Notes: generated by a model from the sequence alone, not told the origin. Shown: positions 20,787 through 28,978, numbered from the stretch's first letter. The stretch: DNA of 32,000 bases from Sinorhizobium meliloti (GCF_017876815.1 NZ_JAGIOS010000001.1:2460001-2492000); one strand, 5' to 3'. Made by a program: numbers and translations.

Positions 20787-21206
20787 CTATTTCCTCGGCC
20801 CGAGCGGGCCGGTTCCGGTATGGCCGTGATAGAACGCCGGAGCAGGAAAGATCTCGTATTCGGCGGTCAATCGCTCGGCCAGCCGCTTTGAGATATCGCG
20901 CTTCACGGCATCCCGCCGCGTCGCATCGATCCCGACGAGCACGACGAAATCCTCGACCGGGATATCCCAAATCACTGTCGCCAGAAGTTCCTCGACCACC
21001 GCATCGCCGACCGGCTCGCCCTGCCGCCGGAAACCGATCTGCCGCCGGAGCGATTGAACGATGTCGCGGGCAAAGAGCGTGGCGCTATACGGATCGCGGC
21101 GGCGGCGTTGGCCTTTGGCGGCGAGACCGTTCAGCACCGGAGGACCGACCATCGCGAAACGGATGAAGATCGCGCTTTCGACATCGTATGAAAATGGCTC
21201 GTTCAT
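20787..21206 (-). CDS. Hypothetical protein, 139 aa, no family recognised
   Basis: The ORF has strongly G/C-biased third codon positions, as in the core genes. The start is uncertain because GAGG lies only 1 nt before the ATG. Confidence 0.6.
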   Translation of the reverse strand: MNEPFSYDVESAIFIRFAMVGPPVLNGLAAKGQRRRRDPYSATLFARDIVQSLRRQIGFRRQGEPVGDAVVEELLATVIWDIPVEDFVVLVGIDATRRDAVKRDISKRLAERLTAEYEIFPAPAFYHGHTGTGPLGPRK

Positions 21207-21499
21207 GCCTCGGCTCTAGCAGCGGGAAGAGGTGAGAGCAATTTAGCGCGGCAGAAAGGGGCTATAGCGGCGCACACGCGCGAAATCTCGGGTTCGGTGG
21301 CGTGGTAGTAGCCGGGAAGCCCTTAAAACGCGCTGCGCGCGCCCTTACGAAAATCCGAGCCTGATCCTGGTCGGCAAACAAAGGATTGCGATATCCCCCC
21401 GGCTTCCGCCCCTGACGCGAATCCTTTTCTTTTGATCTCGCATGGAACACTTTCCGAGCTTGCGCGATATCATCCCGCAATGGAGCGGGATGATTCTGC

Positions 21500-21631
21500 A
21501 TGAATAGAACAGCACTGGTGACAGTCGTGACGGCGGCGGTGGCGCTTACGGGCGCGGCGGTTGCCCTGTTGCTGATGAGCCACGTCCATGAGCACGAGGC
21601 ACAGCCGCCGGCATTATCCACTCGGTTCTAA
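21500..21631 (+). CDS. Putative 43-aa hydrophobic peptide (MNRTALVTVVTAAVALTGAAVALLLMSHVHEHEAQPPALSTRF)
   Basis: Not in the ORF track (under 60 aa). About 72% GC3 by hand count and one predicted TM helix. A 7-bp hairpin at 21472-21491 covers the SD-like purines. Confidence 0.25.
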   Translation: MNRTALVTVVTAAVALTGAAVALLLMSHVHEHEAQPPALSTRF

Positions 21632-21758
21632 ATACCCCGCCGAAAGCAGATAGACCGCGCCTTCACTATCGTTCACCAGCAGCTTCACTTTCCGTCATCG
21701 CGTCAGCGAAGTCGGGCCGGTAGCCGTCACTGCCGATCTCGTTTTCTATTGTTCGGGG

Positions 21759-21806
21759 AAAAAACCGCCGCCGGGAGGGAACAACCCTTTTTCCCCCTGG
21801 GCGGCG
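21759..21806 (-). terminator. Compound hairpin with T6 on the minus strand, the likely end of the phage tail/fibre transcript
   Basis: CGCCGCC (21766-21772) pairs with GGCGGCG (21800-21806), with an inner GGG-AACAA-CCC. The minus strand reads the stem and then TTTTTT; the plus strand has an inner stem followed by TTTTT. Confidence 0.55.
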
Positions 21807-22047
21807 ATTGACGAGGGTGTTGCACATGAAACGAAGAGTTTACGGACAAGCCGCATCCGCCCTTTCATTCCTCGCTTGGGGGAGTTGATAATAATACTTT
21901 TGAAAAAACAAGTGGCCAAAAGTCCTATGATATAAACCTGAAAACCCGTCAGATTTTACGGTCCTGTTTCCGGCTTCACCTTCAATTTCGATGGGTTAAT
22001 TGAACCGTCAATCAACTCTTCCTCGGCAACGTTTCACGAAACCGTGA

Positions 22048-22278
22048 TCACAAGGGCGGCGCGCGGGTTTCCGGTGGTGCAGTCGGATTGGAAAAACAGA
22101 TCGAGAAGAGCTGTCCGTAACGTTGCTGCTGGCGATTGCGCTCATGTTCCAGGCTATAGGCCCCGATCAGCAGAAAGAGGGCAGTCAGCAGCACCACCGC
22201 GAGGCAAGATGGATTGCTTTTCATCGCGTCGGCCAAGTTTGCCACGGTCTTCTGAATTTCTTCCGGGACGTTGCTCAT
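22048..22278 (-). CDS. Small single-pass membrane protein, last ORF of the phage operon
   Basis: 76 aa with TM segment CLAVVLLTALFLLIGAY. Its ATG overlaps the upstream stop by 4 nt (ATGA). Confidence 0.55.
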   Translation of the reverse strand: MSNVPEEIQKTVANLADAMKSNPSCLAVVLLTALFLLIGAYSLEHERNRQQQRYGQLFSICFSNPTAPPETRAPPL

Positions 22279-22541
22279 GGTTCGACCGGAAGCGGTTCGG
22301 GCATCGGCGGCGGCGGTTCCAGCGTGATCTCGCCAGCCGCCAGAGCGCGCTGGTATTCGGTCCGCCAGCGGTCGCTATCGCCGTAGTGGTCATCCGCCGT
22401 CAAGGTAAAGGGCACCATCGCCGTTTGGCCGGTATAAACCACGATCAGCTCGATATAGCTGCCGTAGTCATAAGCCTTGACGACCTGCCCCGGCGGTGGC
22501 GGCGGCGGCGGCTCTGGTAGTATTTCGGGTTCGTCAGTCAT
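22275..22541 (-). CDS. Small proline-capped protein downstream of fibre gene 1 (putative fibre accessory/assembly protein)
   Basis: 88 aa with PEPPPPPPPG at the N-terminus and EPPPPMPEPLPVEP at the C-terminus. Its DDHYG...LAAG core resembles the N-terminal part of the 24139-24636 product. Confidence 0.6.
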   Translation of the reverse strand: MTDEPEILPEPPPPPPPGQVVKAYDYGSYIELIVVYTGQTAMVPFTLTADDHYGDSDRWRTEYQRALAAGEITLEPPPPMPEPLPVEP

Positions 22542-22559
22542 TTTCCTTGTCCCTGAAGA

Positions 22560-24128
22560 TCACGCGGCACGTTGAAGGAGATAGATATGTTCGCCTTCAT
22601 CCGTTTTTCCCCGAGCGCGCCATGTGCCAGCAAGCGCGGCTCCCGCGCCCGACATGCCAGTTTCTATAAATCTTTGGCTGTTCACGGTGTCGATGCAGAC
22701 GATGACCGTGGAATTTCGGGCTTTTACGCCAGTGCAATGCGTTGCGACCATCGATCCAATCGGGAAACTGGTGTTCGTTGTGCTTGTGCCGGTATAGACC
22801 TCGGCACCGACAAGCCCATCCAACACCGCCGCAACCTGAGCCGGTGTTGATGGCCGGATGTAATTGTTACTGACGGTATCGACCTGCGTCATGATGAAGC
22901 CGATTGTCGAGTTCGTGGGATCGTATTCCGACCTGAACAAGCGCGCGTGGATGTCGCCCATGGCATCGCGTTGGGCAACCGAGTTCCCGGTGGATGTCAT
23001 CGAGGCGGCAGGATAATTCGCAGCGGTGAGAACGTCGGCAGTTGTCGTCCCGTTATAGAAGACCAGTTCGCCGGTCGCCCGGATGGCGATATAGCCAATT
23101 GCTGCCCCGAGAGTGTCACGCGCATAGATGACGAGGCCGTAGTTCGCGTCCCAATACATATCGAGGCGGCGCTGCCCGTCCGCTTCCGTCATGCGGAAAA
23201 CTTGCGTTGTCGGCTGGTTCGTCAACTGGCGGAAATTGAGCGTCGTATTCGATAGTTCAAGCTGCGCATCGATAGTGCCCGTATCGTCAAAGGACTGGAC
23301 GTAAGCAACGCCGCCGCCCGCCGTCGTCTTCGCCTGGAACAGCCCGCGCCGGACGCCGTTGAATCCGGCTGAAACTTGGAAGCTGAGTGCATCCATGTAA
23401 CTTCCGACAGAAAGCACGCCGGTCGGATAGAATTTGGCGCGCGTCGTGCCGGTCGAAGTCCCGTAGGTGCCGCCGCTGGTGATCGTCAGCGCCTGATCGG
23501 TATCCCATGCGACAAGCGCCCAGCTGAGGCTGGTGCTGGTCAGGAACAGCCGCCCTGAATGCGCATCCGATTGCCCGATCTGCAAGCCCATGACCGCCGA
23601 AGGCGGATCGATGACCAGCCCGCCGGAAAGCTCGAATGCCCCGGACGTGTTCATGTTCAGATATTCGGTGAAGACGCCGGAGACCCATTTGCCGAACCGC
23701 AGCGCCGCGTTGTTGTTGCCGATCAGTGCCGCGCCGTTGCCGTCGTTGCCGAGCATCAGGCCATGGGTGGCGCTGTTCTGCTTGTTGATGGCAAAGACCG
23801 CGTTGCCTTCCTCGCCTACAGTCGTGCGGGCATCCTGTACGGCGATCAAACCGGTTCCGACGCCAGCGCTCGTGCCGGTAAAGGTCATCGGCGACGAGAC
23901 CGTGATCGAGCCGCCGAGCGAACCGGTCAAGGATTGCCAGGCGGTATTGGCGCTGTTGCGGACCTGCAGCACGCCGCTGCTGCTGTTGAACCAGAGTTGA
24001 CCGGCAGCTTTTACGGTCGGTTCCGCCGCGCCGGATGACGACGAGAACAACGCCGCCAGCGCCGCATTGATGTCGTTGCGGAAAGCCAGTCCGGCAGCGT
24101 CGGCAATGATCTGGTCGTGTTGCGCCAT
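22560..24128 (-). CDS. Tail fibre / receptor-binding protein 1 (522 aa)
   Basis: Lies downstream of the gpJ homologue. The N-terminal ~160 aa and C-terminal ~80 aa are homologous to fibre 2. Gly/Ser/Thr-rich beta-type composition. Confidence 0.8.
   Translation of the reverse strand: MAQHDQIIADAAGLAFRNDINAALAALFSSSSGAAEPTVKAAGQLWFNSSSGVLQVRNSANTAWQSLTGSLGGSITVSSPMTFTGTSAGVGTGLIAVQDARTTVGEEGNAVFAINKQNSATHGLMLGNDGNGAALIGNNNAALRFGKWVSGVFTEYLNMNTSGAFELSGGLVIDPPSAVMGLQIGQSDAHSGRLFLTSTSLSWALVAWDTDQALTITSGGTYGTSTGTTRAKFYPTGVLSVGSYMDALSFQVSAGFNGVRRGLFQAKTTAGGGVAYVQSFDDTGTIDAQLELSNTTLNFRQLTNQPTTQVFRMTEADGQRRLDMYWDANYGLVIYARDTLGAAIGYIAIRATGELVFYNGTTTADVLTAANYPAASMTSTGNSVAQRDAMGDIHARLFRSEYDPTNSTIGFIMTQVDTVSNNYIRPSTPAQVAAVLDGLVGAEVYTGTSTTNTSFPIGSMVATHCTGVKARNSTVIVCIDTVNSQRFIETGMSGAGAALAGTWRARGKTDEGEHIYLLQRAA
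23652..23823. repeat. 172-bp near-identical block shared by the two fibre genes (copy in fibre 1)
   Basis: 5 mismatches in 172 bp against 25314-25485, with a longest perfect run of 91 bp. The flanking sequence is much more diverged. Confidence 0.9.
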
Positions 24129-24138
24129 GGCATTTCCC

Positions 24139-24636
24139 CTAGTGAAGCCGTTTCCGGCTTCCGGACGCCGCCGCCATCCACATCTGATCGGTCTCCTCCG
24201 GCGTCATGCCGAGCATCTCGCCGACTTCGATGACGAATGGCTGCAGGCGTTCGAAAAACGTTGCGTATTCCCACTCGATTGCGATGGACTCCTTCTCCGG
24301 GCCATCAGGAAGGGCGGCGATGGCGTCGGTCACCTCTTGCGGGCTATGGCCCGCGCCGACCAGCCCTTGCCGATATTGCGCCGCCGAAAGCGACGGCATC
24401 GCCTCGCGCTGTTCTTCCGGCGTTGGCGGCACATAGGGATCGATTGGAAAATCCGGGTTAGCTGCCAGCCATTCACGGACCTGCGGATTGACGCCATAAG
24501 GGTCGTCGGGACGCGAACAAAAATCCGTGTCGTAAGTGATCCCGTCGACTTCGGTGATGTTGCAGCGAACGACGTAAACTTGCGGCTCGGCTGTGGCCGT
24601 GACTTTGGAGATCGAGTTCAAGATCGGCGGTGCCAT
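24139..24636 (-). CDS. Phage protein downstream of fibre gene 2 (putative fibre assembly/accessory protein, 165 aa)
   Basis: Sits in the tfa-like position. The start overlaps the fibre 2 stop by 1 nt (TAATG). The N-terminal DDPYG...LAAN...PPTPE region is followed by a helical C-terminal domain. Confidence 0.6.
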   Translation of the reverse strand: MAPPILNSISKVTATAEPQVYVVRCNITEVDGITYDTDFCSRPDDPYGVNPQVREWLAANPDFPIDPYVPPTPEEQREAMPSLSAAQYRQGLVGAGHSPQEVTDAIAALPDGPEKESIAIEWEYATFFERLQPFVIEVGEMLGMTPEETDQMWMAAASGSRKRLH

Positions 24637-25790
24637 TATGCCGTCCTTTCAAAAACGCCAAACCTGTCGCCGCTTGCGGTGAAGCCGCCGCGCGAGCGCC
24701 AGGTTCCGGCCAACGGGGTTGTTGTGCCGACAACGTAACCAGTGGTTCCCGATAGCGAGATGGTTTGTGCGCTGTTGTTGTCGTAGCGCGCGGAACCAAG
24801 GGCCACGAAAATCGTGTGCCCCAATGGCAAGACCGTATCGCTGGCACCCGTTCCGGCGTAGACCTCCGCCGCCGTGAAACCGAGCGCATGCGCGTGCGTG
24901 TCAGCGCCGACAGAGTTCGTTGATGAATTGGTAATGTTCCCCGGCGTGCCGACATTCAATGTGACGTTGGCGGAAAGCGCACCGCCGCCGGTCAAGCCGT
25001 TCCCGGCGATCACCTGCGTCGTCGGCGACACGATGGCGGCGGCCGTCGTCATGATTTCGGAGCCGAACAGAAAACCCTTGTTCGTATCGGCTTCCAGCGT
25101 CAGCGGGTGTGGCGTTTCATATGCGCCGTTGCCGTCACGATCCACCAGCACATACCAGTTCTGCGCATCGACATGCATCCAGAAGTCATAGGCGCTTGCG
25201 GTCGTGTCGGTCATTTTGATGCTCGGCGCGGCGCCTGCAACCTCGATCCCGCCACCCGCACCGCCGATGATCACCTGCTGCGTCCCGGCGAAGGTGAAAA
25301 TCCCCGCCGACGTCATGTTCAGGTATTCGGTGAAGACGCCGGAGACCCATTTGCCGAACCGCAGCGCCGCGTTGTTGTTGCCGATCAGTGCCGCGCCGTT
25401 GCCGTCGTTGCCGACCATCAGGCCATGGGTGGCGCTGTTCTGCTTGTTGATGGCGAAGACCGCGTTACCTTCCGCGCCTACAGTCACAACGCTATCGCGC
25501 ACCGCGATCAGACCGGTTCCGACGCCAGCACTCGTGCCGGTGAACGAAAGCGGCGAAGTCAGCGTGATCGAGCCGCCGAGCTGGCTGGCAACGCCGACCC
25601 ATGCGGTATTGGCGGCATTGCGCAACGACAGCAGTCCGCTTGACGTGTTGAACCACAGCTGACCGGCAACCTTCGTTAGAGGTTCGACGGTGCCGGAAGA
25701 TGACGAAACGAGCGCCGCCAGCGCTGCGTTGATGTCGGTGCGCACGGAGAGACCGGGAGCATTGTCGACCACCATGTCGTGCTGCGCCAT
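24636..25790 (-). CDS. Tail fibre / receptor-binding protein 2 (384 aa)
   Basis: Starts 14 nt after the gpJ homologue stop. The N-terminus MAQHD...INAALAAL...AGQLWFN is shared with fibre 1. Confidence 0.8.
   Translation of the reverse strand: MAQHDMVVDNAPGLSVRTDINAALAALVSSSSGTVEPLTKVAGQLWFNTSSGLLSLRNAANTAWVGVASQLGGSITLTSPLSFTGTSAGVGTGLIAVRDSVVTVGAEGNAVFAINKQNSATHGLMVGNDGNGAALIGNNNAALRFGKWVSGVFTEYLNMTSAGIFTFAGTQQVIIGGAGGGIEVAGAAPSIKMTDTTASAYDFWMHVDAQNWYVLVDRDGNGAYETPHPLTLEADTNKGFLFGSEIMTTAAAIVSPTTQVIAGNGLTGGGALSANVTLNVGTPGNITNSSTNSVGADTHAHALGFTAAEVYAGTGASDTVLPLGHTIFVALGSARYDNNSAQTISLSGTTGYVVGTTTPLAGTWRSRGGFTASGDRFGVFERTA
25314..25485. repeat. 172-bp near-identical block (copy in fibre 2)
   Basis: See 23652-23823. 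Confidence 0.9.
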
Positions 25791-25804
25791 GTCTTAATCC
25801 TTTC

Positions 25805-28800
25805 CTAGTAGCCTGCGGCGATCCAGTCGAAGGTGCGCGCTGCGGTGATGATCGCTCCCGTCGAGTTTTTCAGTTCCAGATCGAAACCGGTGTTGCTCTT
25901 GTTCGAGATGACAAAGAAATCGCCGAGCGCAGCGTTCTGGATGGCAATCGAAACCGCCGGAACGTATTTGAACTTCACCAGAAAATTGATCCGCTGCTTC
26001 GCCGGTTGCCAAACGGTATCGGCACCTGATTCCTGCTTGGCGGTGACGTCGGCGATGATGCAGAGTTGTTCGATGGCGACGTTCTGGTCGGGTGGTGCAT
26101 CCATCAATGCCCGGAACTGGAAACCGCGAGCGACATATTCACCAGCGATGAATTGCGTCCAGGCGCTCCAAACCGAGGTGCCCAACGCCGGATCGCCATC
26201 GGTCTGGCGGACCTGCACCGTAACCATGCCTTCGCCGTCGTCGATCGCCGAATCCCAGCTCTGCCAGTCGTCGACGAGGCCGGGACGTGCATCGATGAAG
26301 ACGTCGCCTTCGTAATAGGGAAAGGCCAGCATATCGACCGAGAGAACGACCGGGAAGACGCCACCCATGTCGATCTGATTCTTGAAGGTATATGTGCCGA
26401 GACCGGCTTGTTCGTCGGTGATGATCAGCCATTCCTGCGGCAGCTGGACCTTACAATTGACCTTGGTTCCAAGCCATGCTGGCTGTTCGCAAATCCGCAC
26501 GAACGATTGTGTCGCGCCGACGATGTTCGTTATGACGGCGACGGCAGTGGCCGAGTACGTACCACCGGCATCGCGGGCCTTGAGCATGTAGGTTCCACGC
26601 CGATAAGGCAGTTCGACGGTGGTGGCAGTGCCCGGTATCGATGTCAGCACCGTGCCCGCTGACGCCCATGTCGCGCCAGCCGTCTGCGGCGAATAGCGCA
26701 TCTCGTAGGAACCGCCGATGATCATGTCGATCTCGGTGGCCGGAGCCCACTGGAACATCGCCACGTTCTCGACGAGCTGGATGCGGAAGTTCACCGGATC
26801 GGCTGGCGGCGCGACCTTGCCGACGACGGTGTAGCGGATTTTCGTCGTCACGCCGCGACGACCGATGACGTTCAACGGCGTGATCCAGATATCGTAATCG
26901 CCTTCCTCGACCTCGACATCGTGCGCCGTCTGGTCGACCCGCACCCGTATCCAGTTGCCGTTGACCGGGCGATAGGCGAGATCGAATACCGGTGCCAGCG
27001 ATTGCCACGAGATCAGCATGCGGACGCCGAGCGAGATAGGCGACAGCACCACCAGATAATCCTTGGCGTTGAGCCCTTTGACCGGCGGGATGATGCCGAT
27101 ATTGGAGATGTCCGGCTGCGACAGCGGTTTGTCGCGTTCGATGTAGTCCCATTTGCCGGGAAGGTGCCGCTGCGCTACGACCTCGTAACGGTCCGTGTCA
27201 GTCTGCCGCGCGGTGAGCACCCGCCACAGCGTTGGCTGCAGGTCGGAGGAGGCCAGTACCCAGACCGTGTCTTTCAGCGGCGCCTGGGCGAAGGCGGCAA
27301 CGGTCAACTTCGTATGCGAGCCGCCGCCGGTCGATACCTTCCGGGTGACGACCGCGCCGTCCGGCAGGATGCAGGAAAGATAATAGGTCTGGCCGACAAT
27401 CAGCGTCACGGCGGCATCGAGCGTGATCGCCGTTGTCGTCGCCGAGACGATCCTGCCGCCCCGGCGCTCGCCGCCGACATTGACATCGGCGATCTGGATG
27501 ATGTCGCCAGGCCGCGCCCATGCCGCTTCAAGCCCCGGCACGAAGTCGACCGTCTGGCCCTCATAGACGTCGGTATAGATCGCCCATTCGCCGACGCGCT
27601 GCGCCTGTCCTTCCGACGTGCAGCCGATGGCGATGATCTCGTCGCGCTTGATGCCGAATTTCGCGATGCCGGTCTGGTCCTCGACCAGCGCCCGTCGCGG
27701 CTCGCCGAGATTGGTCGGATCGTTCCAGCGCACCAGGTATTGGGTCTTGCGGGCGAAGATATCGGCGTCGTGGTAGGAGAACGCGCCGTCGAGCACGTTG
27801 GCGTTGGTGTACTGCGCCACCGGATCGGACGGCTTGTCGGCCATGCCGACCATCTGGCCTCCAGCCCAATACATCCCGCCGCGAAACACCGAGGCGACCG
27901 CCGCCAGCAAATCGAAAGCCTCCTGCTGCGACGAGATCACGCCGTTGAACGTCCAGCGCGGTTCCTGTCCGCCGCGCCCGTTCGGCACCAACGCGTCGCA
28001 CCATTGGCCGATGCTGTAGAGCCCCCATTTGTCGATGTCGTTGATCGAGACGAAATCGCCGAGGCCATAGCGGTTCTGCGTCACCAGATCGTAAAGCACC
28101 CACGCCGGATTATCCGTCCACGCCTGCTTGAACGTGCCGCTCCAGGCGCCGGTATAGACGCGGGTGATCGGATCATAGTTGACCGGCACCGAGACGATCA
28201 GCCCGCCGCAATCGACGACGCGCTTCGGGATCGTCTGGAACTGCTCGGCATCGATGGTGTAGCCGATCACTGCCGAGAGCGTGTAATTGATCTTCTGGTC
28301 GATGATCTCGGTGAAGCTGTCCCAATATAGATCGTTCTGCAGGTTGTTCTTCGTCAAGTCGGCGGTGACGCGCTCGACGCGGATGTCCCACGGCGGATCG
28401 CCGGTCAGCGGAAATGCCAGCGCCCGCTGATAGCGGGTGTTCGTCTTGCCGCTGATCGTATGTTCCGTCACCAGCGCAAAGCCGCCGCCGTTCGATTGCA
28501 GATAGACGCGGAAAACGACGGACGTTCCCTTGATGTCGCCGGTCGTGGTGTTCTGCACCTGCAGCGACGGCACCGAGACGGTGACCCGGCAGCGGTTGAC
28601 GTCGCCGTTCAGGATCGTCCTGGTGATCGGCGTGCCCTTCTTGATCTGCAGCGACACCGCGACTTCGCCCTGCTGCTGCGCGAAACCCGGCAGCACCGGC
28701 TGATCCGGCCAGCCGGAGTTCCCGGCAATCGTCCAGTTTTCGAAGTTCGGCGTGCCGTCGTCGCCAAGCACCGGCACGCCATCGAAGTAGACCGACTTTG

Positions 28801-28978
28801 CGCCATCCCACGGTCCGACGATTGGTCCTTCCGACAGGAGATCGATGATCCGGGCGATCTGCCTCGATTTCAGCGAGTTCGGCGCTTCGGACCCGCCGCC
28901 GCCGCCGCGTCCGCGCTTGCCGCCGCCGCCACCGCGACCGGCAATCACAAAAGGATGATGCGGCGACTGGTTCATCAT
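25805..28978 (-). CDS. Tail tip / host-specificity protein, lambda gpJ homologue
   Basis: Collinear matches to lambda J include LKSRQIARIIDLLSEGPIVGP, YWDSFTEIIDQK, NYDPITRVYTGAWSGTFK and DKWGLYSIGQWCD. ATG 28978 overlaps the gpI-like stop (ATGA); the ORF-track GTG is at 28993. Confidence 0.92.
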   Translation of the reverse strand: MMNQSPHHPFVIAGRGGGGGKRGRGGGGGSEAPNSLKSRQIARIIDLLSEGPIVGPWDGAKSVYFDGVPVLGDDGTPNFENWTIAGNSGWPDQPVLPGFAQQQGEVAVSLQIKKGTPITRTILNGDVNRCRVTVSVPSLQVQNTTTGDIKGTSVVFRVYLQSNGGGFALVTEHTISGKTNTRYQRALAFPLTGDPPWDIRVERVTADLTKNNLQNDLYWDSFTEIIDQKINYTLSAVIGYTIDAEQFQTIPKRVVDCGGLIVSVPVNYDPITRVYTGAWSGTFKQAWTDNPAWVLYDLVTQNRYGLGDFVSINDIDKWGLYSIGQWCDALVPNGRGGQEPRWTFNGVISSQQEAFDLLAAVASVFRGGMYWAGGQMVGMADKPSDPVAQYTNANVLDGAFSYHDADIFARKTQYLVRWNDPTNLGEPRRALVEDQTGIAKFGIKRDEIIAIGCTSEGQAQRVGEWAIYTDVYEGQTVDFVPGLEAAWARPGDIIQIADVNVGGERRGGRIVSATTTAITLDAAVTLIVGQTYYLSCILPDGAVVTRKVSTGGGSHTKLTVAAFAQAPLKDTVWVLASSDLQPTLWRVLTARQTDTDRYEVVAQRHLPGKWDYIERDKPLSQPDISNIGIIPPVKGLNAKDYLVVLSPISLGVRMLISWQSLAPVFDLAYRPVNGNWIRVRVDQTAHDVEVEEGDYDIWITPLNVIGRRGVTTKIRYTVVGKVAPPADPVNFRIQLVENVAMFQWAPATEIDMIIGGSYEMRYSPQTAGATWASAGTVLTSIPGTATTVELPYRRGTYMLKARDAGGTYSATAVAVITNIVGATQSFVRICEQPAWLGTKVNCKVQLPQEWLIITDEQAGLGTYTFKNQIDMGGVFPVVLSVDMLAFPYYEGDVFIDARPGLVDDWQSWDSAIDDGEGMVTVQVRQTDGDPALGTSVWSAWTQFIAGEYVARGFQFRALMDAPPDQNVAIEQLCIIADVTAKQESGADTVWQPAKQRINFLVKFKYVPAVSIAIQNAALGDFFVISNKSNTGFDLELKNSTGAIITAARTFDWIAAGY

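Noticed and set aside
21262-21621. 119-aa minus-strand ORF in the junction region
   Set aside because: GC3 is only about 56% over its last 80 codons by hand count. It has no SD and a low-complexity A/T/R-rich sequence, and it overlaps the better-scoring 43-codon plus-strand ORF. It is left unannotated.
21826-21888. Possible small secreted-protein ORF starting MKRRVYGQAASALSFLAWG
   Set aside because: Careful reading shows a stop after 20 codons (…TGG GGG AGT TGA). It is too short and has no supporting signals.
20676-22047. Second copy of the tRNA 3' end marking an att site inside the window
   Set aside because: Visual scanning found only a weak inverted resemblance at about 21768-21790 (GGGTTGTTCCCTCCCGG on the opposite strand). 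Its orientation and identity are wrong for an att duplicate.
22044-22520. 158-aa plus-strand ORF opposite the two small phage genes
   Set aside because: It is an Arg-rich antisense frame. The minus-strand genes are translationally coupled to the fibre operon and give a more coherent reading.
23652-25485. Diversity-generating retroelement (TR/VR pair) as the explanation for the fibre repeats
   Set aside because: The five mismatches (A/G, G/C, A/G, G/A, T/G) are not adenine-specific. The repeat lies in the proximal rather than the C-terminal variable part of the proteins, and no reverse transcriptase is present in the window.
22275-25790. Invertible host-range switch of the Mu G / P1 C segment type
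   Set aside because: The shared sequences are in direct, not inverted, orientation. Both fibre genes are on the same strand, and no Gin/Cin-type invertase is present nearby.
26921-28330. 469-aa ORF antisense to the gpJ homologue
   Set aside because: The minus-strand frame aligns collinearly with lambda J. The plus-strand frame is Arg/Asp-rich with no motifs.
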